DNA from: a virus | Direction: 5' to 3' (one strand) | DNA length: 61,189 bases | IMG/VR virus record: IMGVR_UViG_3300045454_000015 | Coordinates: 1-61,189 of that record | In this document: positions 38,971 through 49,115 of the stretch, piece by piece | Layout: every line of letters begins with the position of its first letter | How positions within the stretch are numbered: position 1 is the first letter of the stretch | Translations under genes and position numbers: made by a program | Notes under the pieces: generated by a model | The model's input: only the letters and a program-made list of their open reading frames with translations | The model's database searches: none | What the model was told of the DNA's origin: nothing

Positions 38971-40362
38971 TCAGGGGGCCATGCCGTAGCCGGCGCGCAC
39001 GGCGGCCTCGTCTTGAGCGCTCTGCTGGGCACGCTGCGCGGCCCGGGCGGCGAGGATCGCGGCGGCCCGCTGCTGGTTTGCGTGGCCCGGGATGTCGGCG
39101 ATGCGCTGAAGATCGCGGTCGCTGGCCATCTCCAGCGGATCGCGGGCGACCTCCTGCATGCGCGCGCGCGGCGCCGGCCGGGTGGGGGCTTGTGCCGGGG
39201 CTTGGCCCGCGGGCTTCTGCCCTTGCGCGCCCTGGTCCCCGCCCATGATCCCCAGCGGGTCGTCCCCGCCTGCGCCTCGAACCTCCGGCGGCAGGTAGGG
39301 CGTGAGCAGCCGGTCGGCACTGGCTTGCAGCACCGCCAAGTTCGCCAGGATGGCCTGGGCGCCGGGCCCCTCGGGGTTCCACGAGCCTTCGGCCTGCGCC
39401 TTGGTCATTGCGGCGTTGATGGCCTTGATCTGCTCGCGCACGCTGTCGTACTGCGCGCGCACGGCGGGCGGCAGCTTGCTCTCTGCTGCTTGCTTGGCAG
39501 CCTCGCGTGCAGCGGCTGCAGCGGCGCGTCGATCTGCGTTGACACGCAAGCCGTGCTCAGCCTCCCATCGCCGCTGGTTTTCCGCCGTCTCCTCGCGCCG
39601 ACCAGCAGCCTGCATCCACAGCTTCGGGTCGAAGCCGCCGGCCACCTGCTCGAAGAACTCCAGCAGGCTGCCGAACTTGTGCTCTCCGGTGGGCTTGCCG
39701 TCCGGGCCGATCACCGTCACCACCGCGCCGCCCTTGCCGTCGGGCTTCACGGTCGCCGTGTTGCCGTCCTGGTAGCGGTCGTACACCTGGGGCACCGAGG
39801 CCCAGCCGCCCTTGAGGATCAGGCCGCCCATCTCGCGCAACGCTTGGTCACGCTTGATGGCCTCCTGGGCCTGGGTGAGCTGCACCTCGGCGGCGTCCGT
39901 CTGCAGGCCCTGGGCGCGGAACTGTTCGGCCTTCATCGGGTCGCTGGCAGCCAGGACGTCCACCATGCGCGAGCGCCGGGCCTGGGGCGTGTTGGCCTCA
40001 CTTGCTGCCTTGGTGGCCTCGGCCATGCCGGTGAACACGCGCTTGCGCGCCCCGGTGGGCGTCGTCTCGCGGTCGATGATGAACGTGCCGGCCGTCGGGT
40101 TGGCCGGCATGGGGTTGCCGTCGTCGTCCACCGCGGGCTGGTAGAGCTCACCGGACTGGGCCTCGCGCGGCGCGGCCGCGGCCTGCAGGTCGTTGCGCAT
40201 CTGGTCTTCCTGCATCCAGGCCTTGCGCTGGCGCTCACGCACCTCACGCTGGTAGGCGCGGTCTTCCTCGCGGGCCTTGTTGTCGTCGTAGATGCGCTTG
40301 CCCTGGGCATAGCCGCCCATGCCAGCACCCAGCAGGGCAATCGCTTGTGCAATGCGGCTCAT
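38971..40362 (-). CDS. Internal virion protein, 463 aa
   Basis: Internal ATG (MSRIAQAIALLGAG) in an ATGA overlap. Coiled-coil and Gln/Ala-rich. Confidence 0.55.
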   Translation of the reverse strand: MSRIAQAIALLGAGMGGYAQGKRIYDDNKAREEDRAYQREVRERQRKAWMQEDQMRNDLQAAAAPREAQSGELYQPAVDDDGNPMPANPTAGTFIIDRETTPTGARKRVFTGMAEATKAASEANTPQARRSRMVDVLAASDPMKAEQFRAQGLQTDAAEVQLTQAQEAIKRDQALREMGGLILKGGWASVPQVYDRYQDGNTATVKPDGKGGAVVTVIGPDGKPTGEHKFGSLLEFFEQVAGGFDPKLWMQAAGRREETAENQRRWEAEHGLRVNADRRAAAAAAREAAKQAAESKLPPAVRAQYDSVREQIKAINAAMTKAQAEGSWNPEGPGAQAILANLAVLQASADRLLTPYLPPEVRGAGGDDPLGIMGGDQGAQGQKPAGQAPAQAPTRPAPRARMQEVARDPLEMASDRDLQRIADIPGHANQQRAAAILAARAAQRAQQSAQDEAAVRAGYGMAP

Positions 40363-41063
40363 CGCTGCGCTCCTTTGATCTTGGCGATGCGGGCCTCGAC
40401 GTCCGCGATTTCCTTGTTCAGCGCCTTGATGGCGCCGATCTGCACGCCAGCGGCGTCGATGGGGTGCCCGCCCTTGGCGCCACGCTCCAGCACGGCGGAC
40501 ATGCCAACGGCGGGGCGCTTGGCGGCCTTCGTGGACAGCGCGTAGAGATTGGCTTGCCCCTCTCCGACATCCACCCATTCCGGGTCCACCACATCGGGAG
40601 GAGGCTGCTGCTGGCCGAACATGCGCCCGCCCATTTGCATCATCCGACCCCACTTGCCGATAGAGCTGGCCGTGCTGCCAGAAGACGCACCACCGGCCGA
40701 CCCGCCCGATGAGCCCCCGGCAGACCCACCCGTGGCACCGCCAGAAGCTCCACCGGCACCGCTTCCACCCGCGGCCCCGCCAGCAGCCGCAGCCGCCCCG
40801 TACAGCAGCGCCGCCGTCGCAGCCCCACGCCCGATGCCACGCACGGGGTCGCGGACCACTTCGCTGGACTCGTCCTTGGCATCGCCCATCCACTGCTTGA
40901 GCTTGCCGCCGGTGTTCTTCTCGCCGAAACGAAAGCCCTCGCGGATGATCTTGGTGTCGCCGCGGATGATCTCTTCCAGGCCTTTGGCCCCGATGGGGTC
41001 GATGAACTTCTTGTGTCCGCCCCAGAACTTCTTGAACAGGCGATCGAAGCCGGTCTTGCTCAT
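40359..41063 (-). CDS. Internal virion protein with Gly/Ser/Ala tract, 234 aa
   Basis: Internal ATG (MSKTGFDRLF) in an ATGA overlap. Low-complexity AAGGAAGGSGAGGASGG... tract. Confidence 0.55.
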   Translation of the reverse strand: MSKTGFDRLFKKFWGGHKKFIDPIGAKGLEEIIRGDTKIIREGFRFGEKNTGGKLKQWMGDAKDESSEVVRDPVRGIGRGAATAALLYGAAAAAGGAAGGSGAGGASGGATGGSAGGSSGGSAGGASSGSTASSIGKWGRMMQMGGRMFGQQQPPPDVVDPEWVDVGEGQANLYALSTKAAKRPAVGMSAVLERGAKGGHPIDAAGVQIGAIKALNKEIADVEARIAKIKGAQR

Positions 41064-42151
41064 GCAGCCTCCAGCTCGGCCAGTTCGGCCTTCAGGCTGG
41101 TGAGCTTGGCCTCCAGCGCCCGGATGCCCTGGTGGTTCTTGCCCATCAGGGCCTGCATGTTCACCACCTTGCCGCGCGGCGCCACGCCATCGCCCATCCA
41201 GCGGCGCACGTCCTCGGCGTAGGGGCCAACGTGCTTGCCGCCATCGCCGGCCCCCGGCTTGTAGGTCCACACGTCGTTGTCGAGCTTGGTGACGGCCTTC
41301 AGCGCGGCCTCGTCGCTGGTGTCGGCGTCCTTGGTCTTGGTCTTCTTGCTGGACCCCCAGATGGCGCCGATGCCCTGCATGATCCCGCCGACACCCCCCA
41401 GCATTGAGCCGAAGTCGCTTCCGCCACTGGCTTGGATCTGCGCCTGCTGGCCGTACAGGTTCCCGGCCACCTGCTTGCCCTGCAGCGCCGTGTTGAAACC
41501 CGTCTGCATCAGACCGGCCCCGGACTGCTGGGCCTGCAGGCCGGCGTTGGCATTGGCCACCGACGAATTGCCGCCTTGCGTGGCAACCTGCTGCATGGTG
41601 GCCTGGCTTCCGAACACGCCCTGGCCCATGCCGGCAGCATCCATGCGGCGGGCATAGCCCTGCTGCTCGACGTTGCGCACGGCGCCGGTGGCGGCACCGG
41701 CTCGCGCCTTGGCCTGTGCGCCAGCCACGTCGGACATCATCGCCAGGGCCTTGGCCCCGCCTGGTGCCACCCCAGAGCGGGCCAGCGCACGCTGCGTGGC
41801 CTGCTGCGTGGCCGAGAAGCCCGCGTCCACATCGGCCCGCGCCGAAGCAGCGGCATCCGCCCGGCGCTCGGCCGTGTCGTAGCCCTCGGCGTCGGCGGCG
41901 ATGCGGTCCTGCAGCGGCTCGAAGATCGACTGCATGCGCTGGTCGGCACGCCGGGCCGACTCGTTGGAAAGCTCCATGCCCTGCAGCTGCGCGTCGGACA
42001 CCGCATTGGCGCGTTCCTGGGCCGCATCGCGGTCGCCCTGCGTGCGGTCGTACTCGCTCTTGAACCACTCGAAGGCATCGCGGCTGAGTTGTGCGCTCTC
42101 GACCGCAGCTTGGTTCATGCCCTTGGTGTTCGGGGCCTTGGACTTACACAT
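41060..42151 (-). CDS. Virion protein with S74-like (intramolecular chaperone) C-terminus, 363 aa
   Basis: The C-terminal ...LDNDVWTYKPGAGDGGKHVGPYAEDVRRWMGDGVAP...ALEAKLTSLKAEL resembles the fibre chaperone/autoprotease domain. Confidence 0.5.
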   Translation of the reverse strand: MCKSKAPNTKGMNQAAVESAQLSRDAFEWFKSEYDRTQGDRDAAQERANAVSDAQLQGMELSNESARRADQRMQSIFEPLQDRIAADAEGYDTAERRADAAASARADVDAGFSATQQATQRALARSGVAPGGAKALAMMSDVAGAQAKARAGAATGAVRNVEQQGYARRMDAAGMGQGVFGSQATMQQVATQGGNSSVANANAGLQAQQSGAGLMQTGFNTALQGKQVAGNLYGQQAQIQASGGSDFGSMLGGVGGIMQGIGAIWGSSKKTKTKDADTSDEAALKAVTKLDNDVWTYKPGAGDGGKHVGPYAEDVRRWMGDGVAPRGKVVNMQALMGKNHQGIRALEAKLTSLKAELAELEAA

Positions 42152-42752
42152 GGGGTTCTCCCAGGAACTTCACGAACTTCAGGGCGAACGGGGTGTAGCC
42201 CATGCGCTTCATCAGCACGTCCGCCTTGTTGATGAGCTTGCTGTCGGCCTGGATCTCGGTCACGCCCAGGGCGGCCAGGGCGCGCTCGGCGTAGCGCAGC
42301 AGGTGCATGGCCAGGAAGCCGCCGCGGTGGTCGGCCCGAAGAAAGAGGGTGTCCTCCTCGGCCAGCGGCACGCCGGTGTGCAGGCTGGTGCCGAGGAACA
42401 TGCGCAAGTGGCCCACGAGTTCGCCGCCGCAGCGCACCGTGAACTGCAGCATCTGGCCGGCCTTCTCGCTGGCCTCCAGCACGTCGTGTTGCACCGCCAG
42501 CGTCTGGCCGTGTCGGTAGCGTTCGGTTTCCAGCCAGTGGGCTTGGTGCAGAGGCTCGATCTCGCCCCTGGTGGCCCGGAAGCTTTCCACCTGGATGGTG
42601 TAGCCGCCATGCCGTGCGGGCTCGAAGCGGCCCGGCTCGATGGCCTGCTCGGGCTCCTCCAGCGCCGCCTGGAAGATGGCCGCAGCCGCCTCGGCGGTCA
42701 GTTCCTTTCCGAGGTGCTTGGCGAGGGCTTGGCGCAGAGCGAGGGCGTTCAC
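42144..42752 (-). CDS. GNAT-family acetyltransferase, 202 aa
   Basis: ...LQFTVRCGGELVGHLRMFL...ADHRGGFLAMHLLRYAERALAALGV... follows the GNAT core pattern. GTG start. Confidence 0.6.
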   Translation of the reverse strand: MNALALRQALAKHLGKELTAEAAAAIFQAALEEPEQAIEPGRFEPARHGGYTIQVESFRATRGEIEPLHQAHWLETERYRHGQTLAVQHDVLEASEKAGQMLQFTVRCGGELVGHLRMFLGTSLHTGVPLAEEDTLFLRADHRGGFLAMHLLRYAERALAALGVTEIQADSKLINKADVLMKRMGYTPFALKFVKFLGEPHV

Positions 42753-42776
42753 GGCGGGCTTCCAGGGGTTGGGGCT

Positions 42777-42806
42777 ACCGTACCCCCCGCCGCCCCGGAG
42801 TCAACG
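42777..42806 (-). promoter_or_regulatory. Late-promoter-like motif, copy 3 (CGTTGACTCCGG-...-TACGGT)
   Basis: Located in the intergenic gap upstream of the GNAT gene. Confidence 0.45.
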
Positions 42807-42820
42807 AAAGCCCGCTGGCG

Positions 42821-43078
42821 TCACCGCGAGCCCTCGACCCGATCCCTCGTCCACTGGGCGAACTCCAGGGCCCACTGCACGTCCTTGGCGTGGGCGCCTC
42901 GGCAATGGTTGGCCTGCCAGAAGAACAGGCCGTTGATGATCTTCATCAGCACGGTCCAGTTCTCGCGGTAGGCGCGGCCCGAGATCGACTCGTTGGAGTG
43001 GCCCGCCAGCAGCGCCACGTTGAGGAACTGGCTGACGATGTTGCCCAGGTGGGCGAAGTAGAACTTCACGGTGTCCAT
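42821..43078 (-). CDS. Hypothetical protein, 85 aa
   Basis: Internal ATG (MDTVKFYFAHLGN) of track ORF 42821..43462. Confidence 0.5.
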   Translation of the reverse strand: MDTVKFYFAHLGNIVSQFLNVALLAGHSNESISGRAYRENWTVLMKIINGLFFWQANHCRGAHAKDVQWALEFAQWTRDRVEGSR

Positions 43079-43653
43079 GTGATGCTCTCCAGGTCTTGAA
43101 GGGTGGTGGCGGCCTCGATCTGGGCGCGAAGCTGGCGCCCGCGCTGGTGGGCGGCGTCGATGTGGGCCGCCAGGGCCACGCCGACGGAGATCATCTGGTT
43201 CGCGTCCAGGGGCACGCTGGTGTTGTCCTGAAGCGTCCACTCGATGCCGAAGGGGGCGCCCTGGGCCAGCGCAATGCTGGCGAGCTGCGCGGCGCCGATC
43301 AGCTTGGTCTGGCTGGCGGGGTCGCTGTCGAAGCGCCCCCAGGCCGTGTCGAAGCCGCCGTTCTCGTCGGCGTCCCGGGCGGCCTTGATCTGGGACCACT
43401 TTGCGGCTCGCGCAGGCTCCATGTCGGCGGGTTCGTGCCACTGCTTGGTGGCCCAGTCCCACTCATGATGTGGGCTGGGCGGCGCCGGCATGGGCTGAAA
43501 GCCCCCCATGACGTAGTGCGTGGCATCGCTGATGTCCTGGCCGGCTGGCGTGGCCGCCTCGCCGACCCCGAGCTGGGCCTCGATCATCGTCTCGGGGCAG
43601 TCCACCATGCGCAGGATCTGGCCGGTGGCTGGGGTGAAGATGGCGTATTTCAT
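43066..43653 (-). CDS. Tail fibre assembly / chaperone-like protein, 195 aa
   Basis: Internal ATG (MKYAIFTPATGQI) in an ATGA overlap. The C-terminal ...VPLDANQMISVGVALAAHIDAAHQRGRQLRAQIEAA pattern is as in DUF4376-type chaperones. Confidence 0.5.
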   Translation of the reverse strand: MKYAIFTPATGQILRMVDCPETMIEAQLGVGEAATPAGQDISDATHYVMGGFQPMPAPPSPHHEWDWATKQWHEPADMEPARAAKWSQIKAARDADENGGFDTAWGRFDSDPASQTKLIGAAQLASIALAQGAPFGIEWTLQDNTSVPLDANQMISVGVALAAHIDAAHQRGRQLRAQIEAATTLQDLESITWTP

Positions 43654-46600
43654 CGCTTCATCTCGATGGCCACGATGGATCGCATGCGCACGTTGAGTCG
43701 CCCGTTGGTGCCAGCCGTGTTGGCGTCCGCGCGAACCTGAAGCTCGAAGGTGTCTGTCCCGCCGCCCGTGACGATCAACTGCGGTAGCGGCACTGGGGTT
43801 GGGAGCTGGTTCACGGGATAAAAACCAGAGAACTCGTACACCACGCTGCCATTGCGCAGCAGGCGAAAAGATGCGAACGGGCCGTTGTTCGTGGCGTCGT
43901 TGTCGAAGCTGGACACGACCAGTCCGGCCAACACCAGCTTGGGCGCCCCTGTGCCTGGAACTGTGAGCGAAACCGTGGTGTGCCAAGTTGTGGCGCCGCC
44001 GTAGTTGGCTGACCCGGCGGTATAGGCAGATAGCGGGATCGTTACCGCCTGCCCCGCCAGGTTGATGGTGTTGACCGCGTTCACGGCGGCGGCGGTGAGC
44101 GAGCCGCTGAAGGTGCCCGTGGCGGCGCTCAGGCTGCCCGCAAAGGTGCCCGTGGCCGCCTGCAGTGCGCCGCTGAAGGTGCCCCCTCCACGGAACGTTC
44201 CGTTGTTGGCCTCGAAGTTGCCGTTGCGGTCCAGGCGCCACCCCGCCGACCCGGCGCTGTAGTTGCTCGAGCGGATGTGGTCGGTGCCCACCACAAAGCC
44301 GCCGATCTGCCCGGTGCCGTTGCTGTTGAGCCGCCACCCTGCCACGTTGGCCGTGTAGGTGGACGACTGCATGCCGGTGGCGTCAATGGTGTTGCCGCCG
44401 ATCGAGCCGGCCGTGGCGATGATCGTGCCGCGCACGATGACACCCGAGAACTCGGCGCTGCCGTTGCCGTTGATGCGCCACCCCGAAGTGCCGGCCACGT
44501 AGCCGGTGCTCTGGATGAACTGGCCCACGGCGATGGATCCGGCCGTGAGCTTGGCCGCCGACACGCTGATGAGCTTGGCGTTGTCCACCGTCAGGTCGGC
44601 GATCTTCGCGCCGATGATGGTGCCGTTCTTGATGAAGGCGGCATCCATGTAGACGCCTGGCGGCACGCTCACGCCGTTGACGGTCTGCGTGGTGGTGTTC
44701 ACCACGAAGGGAACGATGGGCGGCAGCCCCGGCCCGCTGGGGCTGGCGATGTAGAAGCGGTCGGCCCGGATGGCGAACTCGCTGAAAGGCGTGGCGTTGT
44801 TGGCGGTGCTGGCCAGGCCGAAGCCCGACACGTAGCCGTTCACGTCTACCTTGACGGTGTACTGGGCCTGCAGCGCGCCGTCGGCGCTGGCGCGCACAGA
44901 GGCCTCCTGCTGCAGGCTGGCTTCGCTGCTGTACGGGGTGTAGGGCAGCCGGCCGCGCTCGACCTTGATCTGCCTGCAGCCCATCACGGTGGCGCCCGTC
45001 ACGCCTGACCACACGAACCGGGCCCTGGCATAGGTCGCGCCGCCCGGGGCCTGGGCTTCCACTGCGGTGGCGGCCCGGTTGGTGTCGTCTGCCGCGAAGT
45101 CGTGGGAGGCCGCCCTCGGGTTCTGCGGCCCATCCAGCACCACCTGGTCGCTGGCGTTGTAGAAGATCAGGTCGAAGTAGACCGACCCACCAGTGGCAAA
45201 CAACAGGGAGTCGCCACTGACCGTGTACCACTCGCCAGCGGCCACAGGAATCTGTGGCGAGTAGATTGCGTTGGTGCCGTTGGTGGCATTGCGCTTGGCG
45301 GTGCGCCCCCAGATGCTGTCCTCGATGTACCAGCCCGCAATGTCCCCGCTCCAGCCCTGGAGGCCCTGCTCGAAGCCGCCGTTGCTGAGCAAGTTCGGGC
45401 GGCTGGCCATCCTGGCCTGCAGTGTGGTGATGGCGCTGGCGTTGGCGCTGTCACCAGCCACGCGTGCTGCCGTCTCAGTGGCGACCATCGCCGTGCTCGC
45501 GCCAGGCGCAGGCCGGCCGATGGCCACCCAGTCGATCTCAAAGTAATTGCTGGCATCCGAGCTGGTGGACAGGTCCAACCGGATGCGGTTGATCGTGCCG
45601 TCCCACGCCGGGTTGAAGGTGAGCACCGCGATGCCGTTGCCGTCGTAGGTCGGCTCGGTCACGGTCACCGCCCTGGCTTCGTCGAAACCCGTGTCGGTCG
45701 TGCGCTCCCAATAGAGCTTGCCTTCCCATGCTGGCGTGCCGACCCTGCGGATGCGCGCTTTCACCTGGGGGTAATTGGTGGCCGCGACGGCGAGACTGGC
45801 GGGTGACGCCACGTTCGGGTCGGAACCGGCTCCAGGCCTCAGGAACCCGCCAACCGCTGATGGCCCGCCGTTCGATCCTGACCAACCATCCACGGTGGCA
45901 TCGAAGTACCAGATGCGCAGCGAGTCGAACTGCTCCGTGCCGCCGCCGGCCAACAGCACGATCTGCTGGGCGAGGTAGTCGTCACCCTGCTTGATGCGGT
46001 AGTTCACCGAGCCCGGCGTGAACTCGTCGGCGTCGATCAGGTCGATGCGCTCGCCCAGGCCGCTGAAGAGCTGGCTTTCCGTGATCTGCCCGGTCAGCAC
46101 CTCCAGCAGCTGTGTCACGTCCTGGCCGGTGGTGGCCTGCACGCCGTTGGTCCCGCCGGCTGGGCTGGTGGACTCCACCCCGTCGCGGCTCTTCCACTTC
46201 ATCCAGATGCACCAGCGGGTGTTCGGGTTGGTGGCGTAGGCGATCGGGGCCGCGCTGGCGCTGGTGATGCGCACCGCGTTGGCGAACGTCGGCGGGGTGG
46301 GCTCATTGAAAGGCCACTGGGCGCCGTAGACGATGGTTTCGGCGTGCCCGCGGCCTTGGGTGTAGATCTCGGGGTCGCACTCGATCAGCAAGAAGCTGAT
46401 GCCGGCCGTCACGGTCAGGCCCGTGGGCGTCGGCGGCGGCGTGAGGTCGGGCACGTAGGGCTCTTCGCCGCCCCCTCCCCCGCCCACGCCGGGGCCGGGC
46501 CGCACGCCGGGGCCGGTGTTGCTGCGCGCGATCGAGACAATGCCGGCGTCGATCAGTTCGCCCAGGCGCACCGCGCGGTCGCGGTCGTCGCCGCGCGTGC

Positions 46601-46694
46601 CCATGATGCGCTGCAGTTCCTCGCGGACACGCGCCAGCGGCTTGCGCAGCGCCACATGCAGGGCATCCTCGGGGATCTTCGGCAGGTCCTTCAT
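43650..46694 (-). CDS. Tail host-specificity (J-like) protein, 1,014 aa
   Basis: Start MKDLPKIPED is in an ATGA overlap. PPPTPTGLTVTAG... is FN3-like, and DVTQLLEVLTGQITESQL is as in gpJ-type proteins. C-terminal GTF.GSL.AA repeats. Confidence 0.6.
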   Translation of the reverse strand: MKDLPKIPEDALHVALRKPLARVREELQRIMGTRGDDRDRAVRLGELIDAGIVSIARSNTGPGVRPGPGVGGGGGGEEPYVPDLTPPPTPTGLTVTAGISFLLIECDPEIYTQGRGHAETIVYGAQWPFNEPTPPTFANAVRITSASAAPIAYATNPNTRWCIWMKWKSRDGVESTSPAGGTNGVQATTGQDVTQLLEVLTGQITESQLFSGLGERIDLIDADEFTPGSVNYRIKQGDDYLAQQIVLLAGGGTEQFDSLRIWYFDATVDGWSGSNGGPSAVGGFLRPGAGSDPNVASPASLAVAATNYPQVKARIRRVGTPAWEGKLYWERTTDTGFDEARAVTVTEPTYDGNGIAVLTFNPAWDGTINRIRLDLSTSSDASNYFEIDWVAIGRPAPGASTAMVATETAARVAGDSANASAITTLQARMASRPNLLSNGGFEQGLQGWSGDIAGWYIEDSIWGRTAKRNATNGTNAIYSPQIPVAAGEWYTVSGDSLLFATGGSVYFDLIFYNASDQVVLDGPQNPRAASHDFAADDTNRAATAVEAQAPGGATYARARFVWSGVTGATVMGCRQIKVERGRLPYTPYSSEASLQQEASVRASADGALQAQYTVKVDVNGYVSGFGLASTANNATPFSEFAIRADRFYIASPSGPGLPPIVPFVVNTTTQTVNGVSVPPGVYMDAAFIKNGTIIGAKIADLTVDNAKLISVSAAKLTAGSIAVGQFIQSTGYVAGTSGWRINGNGSAEFSGVIVRGTIIATAGSIGGNTIDATGMQSSTYTANVAGWRLNSNGTGQIGGFVVGTDHIRSSNYSAGSAGWRLDRNGNFEANNGTFRGGGTFSGALQAATGTFAGSLSAATGTFSGSLTAAAVNAVNTINLAGQAVTIPLSAYTAGSANYGGATTWHTTVSLTVPGTGAPKLVLAGLVVSSFDNDATNNGPFASFRLLRNGSVVYEFSGFYPVNQLPTPVPLPQLIVTGGGTDTFELQVRADANTAGTNGRLNVRMRSIVAIEMKR

Positions 46695-48364
46695 GGCTGG
46701 CGCAGGTCCTTGGCGGTGAGCGCCAGGCGCAGGGCCTGCACGGAGCCGGCCGATGTTTCCACTTCGGCCTGCCACTCGTCGGCCAGGTTGCCGTCGAGCA
46801 GACGCACCGGATCGCGGCTCCCGACCTCACGATTCAGGCGCTCCACACCATCAGCCCACACACTCACACGCACGGGGTATGACCGCGCCACCACCTGAAG
46901 CCACGAGTAGTTCACGGGCGCGGGGTGGCTGAAGACCTTGGACCGAAACCTCGCCGTCAGCAGCTCCTCTCCGGCATCGAAGCGGCGGATGTCGCCGCCC
47001 TCCAGCAGGTACAGCGCGTCCGAAATGGGGTCGCGGAAGACCGCATCGGCGCGTTGGGTCAGTTCGTAAACGCCGACCGGGTTGCGCGGATCGAGCGCGA
47101 AGCCGCGCCGCACGCCGCCGCCGGCGTCGTAGAAGACGAAGATCAGGCCCTGGTAGCGCCCGGCCACCATCGAAGCGGGGTTGACGTCGGACCATGCCGG
47201 GCCCGGGTTGTCGGCATCGGGCTGGCGGTCGAAGATGCCCCGGGTGAGCACCCGGAAGCCGTCATTGCCGATCCAGCACAGGCCGTCCGGGCCCGCCCAG
47301 GCCGCGCCGTCCTCGAAGGCCACCACCGAGCGCGCCGACAGGCACGGCTGGTTGATCTTGAGCGGGTCGGCCTCCAGGCTGGACGGGTCGGAGCCCGTCA
47401 CCATGTAGACGTCGCCTGTCGTGAAGATGACCATGCGCTGGCCCCACACGGCCTGGGCCACGGCGGTGTGGTTCAGCGCCAGCTCGTTGCGCAGCGGGTA
47501 GGCGTAGAGCTTGAACGGCTCGCAGATGCGCGCGCCCTTGCCGCTGAGGATGCTGGCCATGCCGTTCCACATCGCCACCATGCCGTGCCCGTCGGCCGGC
47601 GGCGGCAGCCACGAGGAGCCCGTGCCCTGAAACCCAGTCTCGAGCACGTCCGAGCCCAGCGCGCCTCCAGCGTCGAAGTAGGTGGTGTCGCCGATGGGGA
47701 TCTCGGCCAGGAAGAAGTATTCGGCGTTGCCGCTGGTGCCCACCTTGCTGCGGTAGATGCGGCGCAGCGTGATGACGTAGTTCCCGGCCGGTGGCGCCGG
47801 CAGGTTGCTCAGGTCCACCGTCGAGCCGGGCCGGGCGAAGATGGCGTTGCTCACGGGCGCCGGGGCGCTTTCCCAGCCGATGTCGTTGACGAAGGTGTGG
47901 GTGTAGGTCCACTCCTCTTGAGGCTCGGTGGTGCCGGCTTCGGTGTTGAGGGTTGCGGTCAGTGCCTGGGTAGGCTGCGGCACGGCCAGCTCACGAACTG
48001 CCACCGGATAGGGCGGCGTGGCCAGGGCGATGGTGTTGTCCGTCCACTTCGGCGTGCCCGAGCCGGTGAAGTAGGTGCGCTCGGTCGGGTCGTCCGTCTC
48101 GAAGCCGCGGATGGCGTGCACCACGGTCGTCCACGACAGCCAGTAGAGGGCCTCGTTGGCCACGTCCTGGCCCATGCGCCAGATGGTCAGGCGCTGCGGC
48201 GAGGTCGGCACGGTGGCCACGGTCTGGGGCGCGCGCCAGGGCCGGAAGTCGCCCTTGCCGGGGCGCTGGTTGACCGAAGCCACGCCCACGCCGTCGGGCA
48301 GTTGCTTGGCGTCCAGCGACTGGTTGGCGCCGATGAAACCGTTGATGGTGAGCGGTGCAGGCAT
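46691..48364 (-). CDS. Tail structural protein, 557 aa
   Basis: Track ORF in the tail block. No motif recognised. Confidence 0.5.
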   Translation of the reverse strand: MPAPLTINGFIGANQSLDAKQLPDGVGVASVNQRPGKGDFRPWRAPQTVATVPTSPQRLTIWRMGQDVANEALYWLSWTTVVHAIRGFETDDPTERTYFTGSGTPKWTDNTIALATPPYPVAVRELAVPQPTQALTATLNTEAGTTEPQEEWTYTHTFVNDIGWESAPAPVSNAIFARPGSTVDLSNLPAPPAGNYVITLRRIYRSKVGTSGNAEYFFLAEIPIGDTTYFDAGGALGSDVLETGFQGTGSSWLPPPADGHGMVAMWNGMASILSGKGARICEPFKLYAYPLRNELALNHTAVAQAVWGQRMVIFTTGDVYMVTGSDPSSLEADPLKINQPCLSARSVVAFEDGAAWAGPDGLCWIGNDGFRVLTRGIFDRQPDADNPGPAWSDVNPASMVAGRYQGLIFVFYDAGGGVRRGFALDPRNPVGVYELTQRADAVFRDPISDALYLLEGGDIRRFDAGEELLTARFRSKVFSHPAPVNYSWLQVVARSYPVRVSVWADGVERLNREVGSRDPVRLLDGNLADEWQAEVETSAGSVQALRLALTAKDLRQP

Positions 48365-48370
48365 GCGTTG

Positions 48371-48400
48371 AGCATCCGGCCAGACGGGCCGGAGTCAACG
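48371..48400 (-). promoter_or_regulatory. Late-promoter-like motif, copy 4 (CGTTGACTCCGG-...-GATGCT)
   Basis: Located in the 37-nt gap between the 237-aa and 557-aa genes. Confidence 0.5.
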
Positions 48401-48401
48401 A

Positions 48402-49115
48402 TCAGAACCAGTACGCCTTGGTGCGCAGCGGGCCGCGGCTGAAACCCCGCGCCACCTGCGCGCCCACGGTGCCGATGCGATCCGAGAACATGCGCATCAG
48501 GTCCGCGCCGGTGCCGGGGTCGCTCCAGTCCTGCTTGGGCATGAGCAGCAGCGAGGCCACGGCGCCCTTGGCGATGTCCTGGCGGTACAGGTCCGCGAAC
48601 TCGTCGGGCAGCCCGGTGGCATCATCCGATGGGCGCAGGGCCGCCTCCACGTGGATCACGGTGCCGGCCTCGGGCGCCGGGTAGACCGCCAGGGTCTTGC
48701 GGTCGCGCGTGAAAGCCAGGTCGGTGTGGGTGCCGCGGCGCCGGAAGGCCACCCCCTTGGAGGCTTCCACCACCTCGATGGGGTCATCGTCCACGGCCAC
48801 CGACAGCAGCTTGACGATCTCCGACTCGGCAGGCGGCGACATCGTGAACTCGGTGGCCACACCATCGGTGGCCGGCACCTCGAAGCCCTCGGTGAGCAAG
48901 GGCTCGCCGCTCTCGGTGAGCAGGGGCGAGCCGCCGGTCGTGAGGATGGGCTCCAGGCCGCCGCGCGTGCCCTCGATGGGGTCGATTTCCATCTGCCACG
49001 CCAGGGTGCGCCGGCAGAAGTCGATGGCCGCATTGCGGATGTGGTGCACGGCCGTCGCGTCGGGCACGCCGGGCACGTAGGGCAGCACGTAGGGGAAGAG
49101 GTCGCGCCAGATCAC
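48402..49115 (-). CDS. Virion structural protein, 237 aa
   Basis: Track ORF with an ATGA-type overlap upstream. Confidence 0.5.
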   Translation of the reverse strand: MIWRDLFPYVLPYVPGVPDATAVHHIRNAAIDFCRRTLAWQMEIDPIEGTRGGLEPILTTGGSPLLTESGEPLLTEGFEVPATDGVATEFTMSPPAESEIVKLLSVAVDDDPIEVVEASKGVAFRRRGTHTDLAFTRDRKTLAVYPAPEAGTVIHVEAALRPSDDATGLPDEFADLYRQDIAKGAVASLLLMPKQDWSDPGTGADLMRMFSDRIGTVGAQVARGFSRGPLRTKAYWF

